A DNA stretch of 64,000 nucleotides. Source: a virus (taxonomy: Duplodnaviria > Heunggongvirae > Uroviricota > Caudoviricetes). Made by a program: the position numbers and the translations under genes. The stretch lies in the IMG/VR virus record IMGVR_UViG_3300031344_000001; one strand, 5' to 3'. This document shows, one piece after another, positions 36,002 to 45,009 of the stretch. The notes below the pieces were generated by a model. That model had not been told where the DNA came from. It was given only the letters and a program-made list of their open reading frames with translations, and did not search any database. The first letter of the stretch is position 1. Every line of letters starts with the position of its first letter.

Positions 36002-36117
36002 TGTCGGCGCCCTTGTCCAATCGTACGTGGCAGAGCTGCGTCCCGTCGTGCGGCACGGTTCACGCGCGTGACCGTTACCGTTGGTACAGCGCTTCACGCG
36101 CCGCGCGCGGTCACACG

Positions 36118-36330
36118 GTGCGTGACATCGCACGGAAGTGCTTCGCGATCCTGGTCGCGATCGTCGCCGCCGTGGTCGCTCTCGTGGGCGCCTACTACTT
36201 CCTGTACTTCCTGTGTCTCGCGATCTTCACCGCCGTGGGCGTGGGCCTCGTCTCGCACATCGTCAGCGTGGGGGGGGACTGGCTCGCGCCTTCGCGCCGT
36301 GACCGCGACCCGCAGGCGAGGCGTCTCTGA
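36118..36330 (+). CDS. Small membrane protein
   Basis: Long hydrophobic segment; DIARKCFAILVAIVAA resembles 36605..36784. Confidence 0.55.
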   Translation: MRDIARKCFAILVAIVAAVVALVGAYYFLYFLCLAIFTAVGVGLVSHIVSVGGDWLAPSRRDRDPQARRL

Positions 36331-36608
36331 TGTCGGCGCCCATGACCGAGAGCGAGTGGCAGAACTTCTACGAGATCACGTCCGTCAAGGGCCGGATCTG
36401 GAAGCGGAGCGAGGTCGCCAAGCGCGCCGTCGAGATGCTGAAGGTGCTGTCGCCGGGGATTCTGGCGCCCGTGGGCCGCGTCGCCGTCTTGTTCGTGCTG
36501 GACGACCCGGCGTTCATGCGCCCGCGCCGTGGCATGGTGCCCGCGCGTGTGGCCGAGGACGCGGCGATCGAGGCCATGCTGCTCGTGCAGCGTGGGGTGA
36601 CGTCGTGA
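36330..36608 (+). CDS. Hypothetical protein (92 aa)
   Basis: ORF track. Confidence 0.55.
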   Translation: MSAPMTESEWQNFYEITSVKGRIWKRSEVAKRAVEMLKVLSPGILAPVGRVAVLFVLDDPAFMRPRRGMVPARVAEDAAIEAMLLVQRGVTS

Positions 36609-36784
36609 GCGACACCGCGCGGCGCTGCCTCGCGATCGTGGTCGCGATCGTGTCCGCCTACTTCCTCTTGCATGTCCTGCGGTTCGTGGCCCTCACCGGC
36701 GAGGAGCGTGGCGTCTGCGCGGGCATCGTCGGCTACGTGGTGGGCGACTGCCTCGCGGCCCCTCGCCGTCGGAGGAAGCGGTGA
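36605..36784 (+). CDS. Small membrane protein, paralogue of 36118..36330
   Basis: DTARRCLAIVVAIVSAYFLL. Confidence 0.5.
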   Translation: MSDTARRCLAIVVAIVSAYFLLHVLRFVALTGEERGVCAGIVGYVVGDCLAAPRRRRKR

Positions 36785-36956
36785 GTGACCCGGCCGAGAA
36801 GCCGTTCACTGTCGCGGAGTGGTTGCTGCTCGCGCAGATCGCGGTTGCTGCTGGCGCGCGGGCTGACGCGCGTGGTGAGTCGGCCGCGCCGTACGACGCG
36901 CTGAGCGAGAAGTGCGACGCGCGTGCGATCGCGCTCGCCCAGGGTCGGGTGATGCC

Positions 36957-37151
36957 GTGACGCGCGCCGGAGAGCGTGGTCCTTGCGCACGCTGCGGTCG
37001 AAAAACGGCCATCCGGGACGGGGCTGCCGCGGACGGTCGGCCCCAGTACCGTTGTCTCAACGGTGCCTGTGCGGACACGTGGACCAGGGGTCTTTTCGGT
37101 GAGGCGTGGGACACGCAACCGGCGTCGACTCGGACGCGGAGGGTCCCCTAA
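36957..37151 (+). CDS. Small zinc-ribbon protein
   Basis: CARC..YRCLNGAC. Confidence 0.5.
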   Translation: MTRAGERGPCARCGRKTAIRDGAAADGRPQYRCLNGACADTWTRGLFGEAWDTQPASTRTRRVP

Positions 37152-37337
37152 CGTGTTCACGCTCGAAGAGGTCGAACTGGGAGGTGCGGCCCTGGAGGCC
37201 GCCCGCGCGACCGACGCCGTCCATACGCGCGCCGTCGCGATGCGGATGCTGCGCGACGAGTGCGGCTGGACGCTGCGTCGCGCCGACCAGGTCTTGTCGT
37301 ACTTGCTGACGCTGCCGCTGCTGGCGGAGAGGACTCC

Positions 37338-37682
37338 GTGATGCTGGCCGACCGAGCGCTCAAGAAGGCTGCACGTCGCGCGATCCGGCTCATCGAGGAG
37401 CGGGGCTTCCGCCGGGGCAAGCGCGGGCCGGGGCTCTGCGTGGGTGACGCGATCGCCGAGGCCGACCCCGCGAAGAAGTACCGCTGGACGCTGTGGGTGT
37501 GGGCGGAGTCCGTCATCTGCGCGACCACGCGCATGCGGCACGGCGGAGGCAAGGGCCTGATCCCGCGCTGGAACGACGCGCCCGGTCGCACGAAGGAGGA
37601 GGCGGTCGAGTTGCTCCGCCGCGTCGCTCGGCACGACGTGCCCTTCACGTACCGCGACGCGCGCGGGTTGGTGCGGTCGTGA
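37338..37682 (+). CDS. DUF6197-like protein
   Basis: LCVGDAI..IPRWNDAPGRTKEEAVELLRR. Confidence 0.6.
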   Translation: MMLADRALKKAARRAIRLIEERGFRRGKRGPGLCVGDAIAEADPAKKYRWTLWVWAESVICATTRMRHGGGKGLIPRWNDAPGRTKEEAVELLRRVARHDVPFTYRDARGLVRS

Positions 37683-37954
37683 TCGACGTGAGGGTCGACG
37701 GGGCGCTCGCCCGCGCGCTGTGGGAGGGCGACCTCGCCAAGCTGAACGAGCTGGCCGGCTGCCGTTGCTGCTGCGACGAGCACTTCTTCGAGGACTGTCC
37801 CGCGCGCGTCTGGGGCGGCTGTCGCGGGCAGGCGTCGCTCACGCGGGACGACTACGCGGCGTGGGAGGCCCACTACCGCAAGCACCACGGGCTCTCCCGT
37901 GACCAGTTCTACGGCGCGGAGGCTGTGCCCGTGGGGCAGCAGGGAGACGCTTGA
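37679..37954 (+). CDS. Cys-rich hypothetical protein (91 aa)
   Basis: CRCCCDEHFFEDCPARVWGGC. Confidence 0.55.
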   Translation: MIDVRVDGALARALWEGDLAKLNELAGCRCCCDEHFFEDCPARVWGGCRGQASLTRDDYAAWEAHYRKHHGLSRDQFYGAEAVPVGQQGDA

Positions 37955-38784
37955 TGCACTGGATCATCCAGAACAACATCTACGAGGAGGAGGGCTTCGC
38001 CACGCTCTTAGAGACGCTCGACCGCTTCGACCTCACGCGCACGCTGGTCAAGGTCGTCCCGTTCGTCGGCGAGATCATCGGGACAGACGGGCCACCCCTG
38101 CCATCGTCCGGCGGCGACGCGATCGTGATGGGTTCGTACTCGCTCGCTCGCCAGGCGAAAAAGATGGGTTGGGTGCCGGGGGCGTTCCTACACAACCTGG
38201 ACTTCGAGGTCCAGCACCGCGCGTGGGGTGAGTGGATGCTCAACGCCGACGCGCACGTCTGCGCGTTCGACGCGGTGCCCTTCCAACCCGAGCCCTTCTT
38301 CATCCGCCCGGTGCACGACACCAAGGCGTTCACGGGGTACGTCGAGGACTGGGACGGGTACTCGAAGTGGCTCGCGTCGCTTCGGCGCCTGCCTGAGTCA
38401 CCAGATCCGGAGAACGACCCGCTGGGCGTCAACCTGATGACCCTCAGCACACCGGTCATGGTTTGCGCGAAGAAGGAGATCTACTCCGAGACGCGCACGT
38501 GGGTCGTCGACGGTCGCGTCGTCACGAGCTCGGGGTTCAAGCTCGGGACCCTCAAGCGATACACGACGCCCGACCAGGTCGACTCGCGCGTCATCGACTT
38601 CGCGAACAGCGTGGCCGGTCACTGGTCACCGAACGAAGCCTACGTGCTCGACGTCGCCGACACGGCTGACGGCCTCAAGGTCGGGGAGGTCAACAACCTG
38701 AACTCCGCGGGCTGGTACCGCGCGGACCTCCAACGGCTCGTCACAGCGCTTGAGGATCAGAGCGCTAGATCGAGGCGTCTGTGA
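37951..38784 (+). CDS. ATP-grasp domain protein (DUF4343/R2K-like)
   Basis: FFIRPVHDTKAFTG, ETRTWVVDGRVV, YVLDVA..GLKVGEVNNLNSAGWY. Confidence 0.8.
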   Translation: MMHWIIQNNIYEEEGFATLLETLDRFDLTRTLVKVVPFVGEIIGTDGPPLPSSGGDAIVMGSYSLARQAKKMGWVPGAFLHNLDFEVQHRAWGEWMLNADAHVCAFDAVPFQPEPFFIRPVHDTKAFTGYVEDWDGYSKWLASLRRLPESPDPENDPLGVNLMTLSTPVMVCAKKEIYSETRTWVVDGRVVTSSGFKLGTLKRYTTPDQVDSRVIDFANSVAGHWSPNEAYVLDVADTADGLKVGEVNNLNSAGWYRADLQRLVTALEDQSARSRRL

Positions 38785-38981
38785 GCCGCGCGTCCTCGAT
38801 CCGCGCGTTTCGCCAGGCGGTGGAGCTGCTGCGTTCGATCGACCCCAAGCTCTCGCTCTACGTCGCCAACGGCACGCTGTGCCTGATGAAGGGGCCGTCG
38901 CACGACGACCGCGGGCGCGCGCAGCAAGGCAACGTCATCGACAGTGCGGGCCGTCTGCGCCTCGATGGAGGTGACTGGTGA
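38781..38981 (+). CDS. Hypothetical protein (66 aa)
   Basis: Coupled; ends DGGDW. Confidence 0.55.
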   Translation: MSRASSIRAFRQAVELLRSIDPKLSLYVANGTLCLMKGPSHDDRGRAQQGNVIDSAGRLRLDGGDW

Positions 38982-39307
38982 CTGTCTCGGCGACGCACAG
39001 GACGCTCAACGAGGAAGGAGCCCGGAAGATGAAGTGGAAGGACACCAGCTCGTACGCGCAAGGGGACGTTAAGCGCGTGCCTCATGAATTCGTGCTCGGA
39101 CTCGGGCGCCTGCACCAGGACGCGATCACCGTCCACCACTACATGGGCAGCGGGGACGCCTGGTTCGTCACCTGCCGCGGCGTCAACATCGAGCGCCAGA
39201 AGCTCGTTGCGATCGGCATCGAGGACGCGAAGGCCGAGGCGATCACAGTCGTCCAGGCGCGCGTTGACGCCTTCGTTGCCGCGATCAGGAAGGCCACCGA
39301 AGCGTGA
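38978..39307 (+). CDS. Hypothetical protein (109 aa)
   Basis: ORF track; coupled. Confidence 0.6.
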   Translation: MTVSATHRTLNEEGARKMKWKDTSSYAQGDVKRVPHEFVLGLGRLHQDAITVHHYMGSGDAWFVTCRGVNIERQKLVAIGIEDAKAEAITVVQARVDAFVAAIRKATEA

Positions 39308-39609
39308 GCGCGTCCTGGGACAGCAACCACCAGCGCCCGGGCGTCGGCTGGGATCGACGCAAGGGGCAGCGGAATCAGGAGACCCTGCTTGGCTGGACGA
39401 AGCGCGGACGCGAAGTGATGTACTGGGTGGACTACGGTGTCGTGTGCCCCGACGAGGCGACGACCAACGGCAGCGCGTACGCCTTGATCTACTACGGCGC
39501 GGCACCCGTGCGCCTGACACCGCCGGGCGTGGCCTTCTTCGTCGGCTTCGCGTTCAGCACGCTCAAGCGTCGGTACGGCGATTCCACTGCAACGAAGGAG
39601 GCATCGTGA
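39304..39609 (+). CDS. Hypothetical protein (101 aa)
   Basis: ORF track; coupled. Confidence 0.45.
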   Translation: MSASWDSNHQRPGVGWDRRKGQRNQETLLGWTKRGREVMYWVDYGVVCPDEATTNGSAYALIYYGAAPVRLTPPGVAFFVGFAFSTLKRRYGDSTATKEAS

Positions 39610-39815
39610 CACGCGAAGAGAAACTGCGGGAGATCAAGGCTCACCCCGAGAGGCACCGGCACACGTTCGAGGAGCTGCAACGCTGCTGCATGCACGCCGG
39701 CGCGCTGGACACGCAGCTCTTGGACGCGCACGAGGCGCACGCGGCCGTCGGCGTCAACGGTGGACGGCGCTGTGACGTCACTCGCGGCCCCTGCGCGTGC
39801 GGGGCTTGGCACTGA
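39606..39815 (+). CDS. Small Cys/His-rich protein (69 aa)
   Basis: GGAGG RBS; CDV..GPCACGAWH. Confidence 0.55.
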   Translation: MTREEKLREIKAHPERHRHTFEELQRCCMHAGALDTQLLDAHEAHAAVGVNGGRRCDVTRGPCACGAWH

Positions 39816-39945
39816 TGATGAATGCGCGGGCAGCCGTTTTTCATGAACGGCGCTTCATCGACAAGGCGAAGTGCTACCTGACGCGCGAGCAGTGCCTGAC
39901 CATCTGGGCGGAAGTGAACGCTGAAGAACCACCGGAGGTATCGTC

Positions 39946-40320
39946 GTGACCAAGTCGAAGAAGTTGCGCGTGCTGCACGAGATCTACGCCACGATCCCGA
40001 GCGCAGGCTGCAAGGGGTTGTGCACGGAGGCGTGCGCGTCGATCCCGGTGCTGCCGTTCGAGCTGGAGCAGCTTGAGGCCGTGGCCGGCCGGCGGCTGCC
40101 GACGATCTCCGCCGGGGACACCCTGATCCTGGGCGTTGCCGTCGGCGACGCCTGCCCGCTGCTCGTGATGGGGCGCTGTAGCGTCTACGACCAGCGACCG
40201 CTGATCTGCCGCGCGTTTGGCTCGGCGGAGGGGCTGCGCTGCCCGCACGGCTGCCGGCCTGACGAGTTGGTCCCCCGGGCGGAGGTCTTCGGAGCCTTCG
40301 AGAAAGTGGCGGAGCTGTAG
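39946..40320 (+). CDS. YkgJ-family CxxCxxCC cysteine-cluster protein
   Basis: CKGLCTEAC..CPLL..GRCSVYDQRPLICR. Confidence 0.8.
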   Translation: MTKSKKLRVLHEIYATIPSAGCKGLCTEACASIPVLPFELEQLEAVAGRRLPTISAGDTLILGVAVGDACPLLVMGRCSVYDQRPLICRAFGSAEGLRCPHGCRPDELVPRAEVFGAFEKVAEL

Positions 40321-40788
40321 ATGGAGCGGATCGTCTTGATCACCAACCTGCTCGACGTCTCTATCGACACGGGCTTCGGGAGCGTGCGCACGCCCACGAA
40401 CGCGCTCGTGCTCTCTGACCGTGGGCCCAAGGACGGAACGGGGGCGCGCTACCGCATGCACGGCTTTCACAACGAGGCCGGTAATCCGACGTTCGACCTG
40501 ACGCTGCCCTCGTTCGACTGGACGATCGAGGCGCAAACCTACCGGAGGTCCTTCGCGCTCTGCTTCGTCGGAAAGGTCCCGAAGATCATGCTCTCGACCG
40601 ACTTCGCGAACGATCTGCCGCTCGACATCGAGCGCATGGATCGCACGGACGTCGGATGGGCCGACGTCCTCCTGCGCAAGGTGCTTCGCTACTATCACGC
40701 GCCCTACATCGTGCTCGGGCAGCAGCTCGACGCGGATCGAGCGCGCGAGGTCCTCGGTGTCGAGAGCGTCGACGGGGCATCCCGATGA
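40321..40788 (+). CDS. Hypothetical protein (155 aa)
   Basis: ORF track. Confidence 0.6.
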   Translation: MERIVLITNLLDVSIDTGFGSVRTPTNALVLSDRGPKDGTGARYRMHGFHNEAGNPTFDLTLPSFDWTIEAQTYRRSFALCFVGKVPKIMLSTDFANDLPLDIERMDRTDVGWADVLLRKVLRYYHAPYIVLGQQLDADRAREVLGVESVDGASR

Positions 40789-41594
40789 GGGACCCCCTCG
40801 CGCTCTCCTACGGCATGGGCGTCGACTCGACCGCCGTGCTCGTCGGCTGGTGGCGGCGCGGCATCCGGCCGCACTGGATCGGCCACGCGCAGGTCGGCAA
40901 CGAGTGGCCCGAGACCTACGCGTACCGCCCCGTCATCGACGCTTGGCTCATCCAGGTTGGCTTCCCGACGATCACCGACGTGCAGTACGTCGTGAAGCGC
41001 CCCAAGCACGGGCACTACGCGACGCTCGAGGAGAACTGCCTGGTCAACCAGACGCTGCCGTCGCTCGCGTTCGGCTACAAGAAGTGCAGCCTCAAGTGGA
41101 AGGGTGAGCCGCTCGACGCCGCGTGCGCCGACTACTTCGCCGGCCATATCAAGGCGGGCGGCAAGGTCGTCCGCGCGATCGGCTACGACGCGGGCCCGTG
41201 CGACTCGCGACGCGGTGGCGTCGAGACCCAGGGCCCGTGGACGTGGGCCTACCCCCTGCGCGAGTGGGGCTGGGACCGCGACCGCTGCGTGGAGGAGATC
41301 GCCAGGGCGGGGCTGCCGGTGCCGCCGAAGTCGGCGTGCTGGTTCTGCCCCTCCACGAAACCCGCCGAGCTGATCCAGCTCGCGCGGCGGCACCCGGACC
41401 TCGCGCGCCGCGCCGTCGAGATGGAGGACCGGGCGCGCCCGGGGCTGACGAAGATCGAGGGCCTGTGGGGCACGGGCGTCAAGGGCACGCGCGGCGGTGA
41501 GAAGAAGCCCGGGTCGTGGCGCGTGTTCCTGACGGAGCACGCGCCGGAGGTGCTGCCGGAGCTGCCGCCGCCCGCGAAGAAGGACGCCGCGTGA
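40785..41594 (+). CDS. PAPS-reductase-like / PP-loop protein
   Basis: LSYGMGVDS, GNEWPETY, KKCSLKWK, AIGYDAG, YPLREWGWDRDRC, PPKSACWFCP; ATG 40785. Confidence 0.8.
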   Translation: MRDPLALSYGMGVDSTAVLVGWWRRGIRPHWIGHAQVGNEWPETYAYRPVIDAWLIQVGFPTITDVQYVVKRPKHGHYATLEENCLVNQTLPSLAFGYKKCSLKWKGEPLDAACADYFAGHIKAGGKVVRAIGYDAGPCDSRRGGVETQGPWTWAYPLREWGWDRDRCVEEIARAGLPVPPKSACWFCPSTKPAELIQLARRHPDLARRAVEMEDRARPGLTKIEGLWGTGVKGTRGGEKKPGSWRVFLTEHAPEVLPELPPPAKKDAA

Positions 41595-41995
41595 AGCGCT
41601 TCATCGTCGTGCAGGCGTCCACTAGTGGGGCGTGGCGTCACTACCTGGCGGCGTGGGAGAGAGGCGTTTCGCGTGTCCAGTCGCAAACGACCCAGCCCAA
41701 CGACGCGATCCAAGAAGCGAAGCGTCGCGCGCGTGCTGAGCTGAACAAAATGCACGCTAGTAAACAGGGCCAGAGCTTCCTCGAAAGACACAGCACTTCG
41801 AGTGACATTCCTCGTCAGGCAAACACAATGGCCCAGGACGTGGCGAAGGATCCGCGGGCACGCCCTGTTTGGCACGCAGACTGTGGGCACGCGCTGCGGC
41901 TCGACGAGCAGTCCGCTCGTTTGCTCGTCGACCAACTCGACACGCTCTATCGTCAGGCCGAAGCTGTGCACCACATGATCGAGGAATTGCTGTGA
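41591..41995 (+). CDS. Hypothetical protein (134 aa)
   Basis: GTG 41591 coupled. Confidence 0.5.
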   Translation: MKRFIVVQASTSGAWRHYLAAWERGVSRVQSQTTQPNDAIQEAKRRARAELNKMHASKQGQSFLERHSTSSDIPRQANTMAQDVAKDPRARPVWHADCGHALRLDEQSARLLVDQLDTLYRQAEAVHHMIEELL

Positions 41996-42306
41996 CGAGA
42001 TCGTTCAACGGACACGAGGTGGCGTTCTTGATGGGCTGGGCCGAGGGGCACGATCGGGACTTCGTGCTGCACCGCGAGGTGCTCGGCCGACGTTCGGACG
42101 GGTACGAGCACGCGCAGGTCGTCGTCGAGCACCCCGACGGTAAGCTCTACCAGTTCGAGGTGCGCTACGACGACGAGCACGGCATCATCCCGTGCCTCAG
42201 TCGGCCAAACGAGCTGACCGAGGCGGTCGAGGTCGAGGCGGTCGAGGTCGTGACGACCGTCTATCGTCCGAAGGGCACGGATGGCACGACGGGGGCATCT
42301 CCGTGA
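41992..42306 (+). CDS. Hypothetical protein (104 aa)
   Basis: GTG 41992; RRSDGYEH..VV.H.DGKLY..EAVEVEAVEVVTTVY. Confidence 0.6.
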   Translation: MTRSFNGHEVAFLMGWAEGHDRDFVLHREVLGRRSDGYEHAQVVVEHPDGKLYQFEVRYDDEHGIIPCLSRPNELTEAVEVEAVEVVTTVYRPKGTDGTTGASP

Positions 42307-42536
42307 TCGGCGGTGTCCTGCGCGCGTTCGTCTTGCCGCTCGCGCTCGGTGCCTTGATCGTGCTGGCCGTGACCTGTACCTATTGGGTGATGGAGCCGCT
42401 GCTCGCGAGCCGCACGGACTACGTCCGAGGTCTGTGGGAGGGGGCCGTCGTCGTGACGGTCGTCAACGCGGGGAACGCGATCGCGAGGCGCGTGATCAGG
42501 CATGTCGACGCACAGAAGGAGGACTCACGTGACTGA
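42303..42536 (+). CDS. Two-TM membrane protein
   Basis: Two hydrophobic segments. Confidence 0.55.
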   Translation: MIGGVLRAFVLPLALGALIVLAVTCTYWVMEPLLASRTDYVRGLWEGAVVVTVVNAGNAIARRVIRHVDAQKEDSRD

Positions 42537-43134
42537 AGAATCGCGGCCCCAGTGGTCTGACGAGGTCGTCGCCGAGAGCTTCCGTGCCGAGGTCCGCGCG
42601 CGCTTCGAGGCGCACAACGTCGCGTACCGCGCGCGTGAGGCGGCCGAGCTGGAGGCGGTGTTGCTCGAGCATCCCGACAAGCGCGGGCAGCCCGGCTACG
42701 AGGTCCGCGACAGCCTTGCTTGGTACGTGTACCAAGCGTCCGAGGTCCGGATCGACCGGAACTCGGTGTCGATCGTCCTGCCGCGCGGGATCCACATCGG
42801 GGTCGACCTCATCTACATGTTCGACCACACCACCGTGGCTGGGGGGAGTCTTTCGATCGGCGCGACGATCGTCGATGGCGAGGCGCGGGCCACGATCGAG
42901 ATCATGCTCGTCGCCACCTGGGACGATGCGATGGACGTCGCGTGGCGCAAGGAGGGCCACGATCGCAAGCACGTTTTCGTCGAGCTCTTCGAGGACGACG
43001 TTCACACCCTCTGCGGTTTGATTGACGCGCGCGCCGACGCGGACGCCGAGGCTCTGAAGGTCCGCTCCGACGCGGACACCGAGGTGCTGAAGATTCGCGC
43101 CCGGTTGAAACTGGCATTGGAGGTCCTGTCATGA
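42529..43134 (+). CDS. Hypothetical protein (201 aa)
   Basis: GGAGGA RBS; GTG 42529. Confidence 0.65.
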   Translation: MTEESRPQWSDEVVAESFRAEVRARFEAHNVAYRAREAAELEAVLLEHPDKRGQPGYEVRDSLAWYVYQASEVRIDRNSVSIVLPRGIHIGVDLIYMFDHTTVAGGSLSIGATIVDGEARATIEIMLVATWDDAMDVAWRKEGHDRKHVFVELFEDDVHTLCGLIDARADADAEALKVRSDADTEVLKIRARLKLALEVLS

Positions 43135-43388
43135 ACGACGCGCTGCCGCTGCCCCCACCTCCCGGCGTCCGTGTCGACTCCTACGGAGACCACTACCCGG
43201 TCGCCGTCACCGCGCAGATCGTCGACGTCGGGGACCCGGACCGTTGGCGCCTCTTCATTGACACGTGGACCTACGACGCTGTTCGAGGGCTGTGGTCGCG
43301 CTCGTCGTTTGGTGACGGGCTCACGTCGACTGAGGTGCGAAGGCTCTTCGAGCACGTGACCAAGCACGCACCTGGGGTCCTGCCGTGA
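43131..43388 (+). CDS. Hypothetical protein (85 aa)
   Basis: GGAGG RBS; coupled. Confidence 0.55.
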   Translation: MNDALPLPPPPGVRVDSYGDHYPVAVTAQIVDVGDPDRWRLFIDTWTYDAVRGLWSRSSFGDGLTSTEVRRLFEHVTKHAPGVLP

Positions 43389-43723
43389 GCCGCCGCGTGT
43401 TCACGCAGGCTGAGCGCTGGAGCCGCGCGATCGACGGCGGAGCGGACGTCTACGGCGAGGACTCGTGCGCCTACTGTGGGCGTCCCGTGCGCCCGGAAGC
43501 TGTTCGCCTGTACACGGCGCGCACGAACGACGGCGAGTGGTGGCTCGTGTCCGCGGACGAGGACCTCGCGGGCGCTGAGTGGAAGGACTTCCAGACCCAG
43601 CTCAACGGTAGCCGCGCGCCGACGCTCTTGCCGGTCGGTCCCGACTGTCTGCGCGATCACCCGGAGTTCGCCTTCGCGGTGGCCGAGTACGCGGGGAGCG
43701 GCCGGAGCCGGAGGACCTCGTGA
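43385..43723 (+). CDS. Hypothetical protein (112 aa)
   Basis: CAYCGRP..PVGPDC. Confidence 0.6.
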   Translation: MSRRVFTQAERWSRAIDGGADVYGEDSCAYCGRPVRPEAVRLYTARTNDGEWWLVSADEDLAGAEWKDFQTQLNGSRAPTLLPVGPDCLRDHPEFAFAVAEYAGSGRSRRTS

Positions 43724-43929
43724 CGCGCGGATCGGGGGTCCACGACGACGTCTCGAGGCACTTCGGAGTGTGCTCGCAGTGCGCGAGCGTCCAGCCGGAG
43801 AGCGTCCGTGTCGCGCAGCCTGAGGCGCTTCGGCGGACCGTCCCCGACGACGTGCTCGTCAAGCTGTGCCTCGCCGGCCGGTCGATCTATCGGGCGTACC
43901 TGCGCTGGCTCGCGGAGCCCGACGAGTGA
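43720..43929 (+). CDS. Hypothetical protein (69 aa)
   Basis: Coupled; CSQC. Confidence 0.5.
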   Translation: MTRGSGVHDDVSRHFGVCSQCASVQPESVRVAQPEALRRTVPDDVLVKLCLAGRSIYRAYLRWLAEPDE

Positions 43930-44083
43930 GCGCCTCCAGCCGCGACTACGACCGGGACCGGGCCCTCTACGACTACGCGGTCCGGCGGGCGCTGTCCGTG
44001 TTGGTCGGCTATGCCGCGTGCCGCGGTCGGGGCTGGCACCATCTCGCCGACGGTGAGGTGATCGTCGCCGCGGAGATGGAGCT

Positions 44084-44277
44084 GTGACGGCCGACGAGGT
44101 GACAAGGGCCCCTGTGCGCGTGCTGCCGTGTCCCTTCTGCGGCGGGGCTGGCCATCGGTCCGCGCACGAGCACGAGCGCGGCATCGCTGTAGTCTTGGTG
44201 CTGGGACGAAGTCGGGCCGTGGCCGTGGCCGTGGCGCAGCGATCAGCGAGGATCGTCAGCTGATCAGATCAGGTGAT
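44084..44277 (+). pseudogene. Possible Lar-like (LPCPFCGG) gene remnant
   Basis: VLPCPFCGG followed by sequence broken up by short tandem duplications (GCACGA x2, GTGGCC x3) next to the array trailer. Confidence 0.35.
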
Positions 44278-44280
44278 GCT

Positions 44281-44985
44281 GTCGAGACCACGACGAGGTC
44301 TCGCATCGATTGCGCCGTTCTAGCTTTCTAGCTTGTTATGCAGGTACTTCTGTCGAGACCACAGCGCGGTTTCGCATCGATCGCGCCGGGCGCCGGGCGC
44401 CGAGCGCACCGGTCCCCACTCCGAGGTCGAGACCATCGCGAGGTCTCGCATCGAGCACGCCCGCTTCCGTGTCTCCTCTACGTCGAGACGTCGAGACCAT
44501 CGCGAGGTCTCGCATCTCTCGCAGCGCTTGCGCTGATCTGTGCGTCCGTGCGTCCATCCCTCTACGTCGAGACCACAGCGAGGTCGCGCATTTATCGTTA
44601 CGTGCTTGTGCTTGAGCGAGAAGCGAGAACGGTCCGGGGTCCGGGGTCCCGTGTCCTGTGTCCCGTTATCCGACGCCGACGCCGACGCCCGACGCCTTGT
44701 GGACTTTGTCGAGTGTCGAGACCCGAGACCCCAGTGAGGTCTCGCAGCGGTGATCTTCGTGCGCACGTCGTCTTCGAGACCACCGCGAGGTCTCGCATTG
44801 ATCATTGATCGCGCCAGGCACCAGGTAGCGGCTCTTCGCTCTCCGCTCTCCGTCTCCGTCGACTCAGCGATGATCCAGTCGAGACCACAGCGAGGTCTCG
44901 CATCGAGATCGCGTTGGCGAATCCACCGATTCACCTCAAGAACGTAAGCGTTGTCGAGACCACAGCAAGGTCTCGCATCGTTCGG
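44281..44985 (-). CRISPR. Degenerate type-A repeats (distal remnant of array A), about 9 copies
   Basis: GTCGAGACCAC(A/C)GCGAGGTCTCGCATCG variants at 44281, 44352, 44426, 44489, 44566, 44714, 44772, 44878, 44953. Confidence 0.85.
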
Positions 44986-45009
44986 CACTACACACTACAC
45001 GGTCAAGAA

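Noticed and set aside
1-44000. Long Arg/Pro/Ala-rich alternative-frame ORFs (e.g. 1993..3129, 14640..15611, 17708..18619, 22442..23398)
   Set aside because: They overlap better-supported, translationally coupled genes and have the low-complexity composition of GC-rich off-frames.
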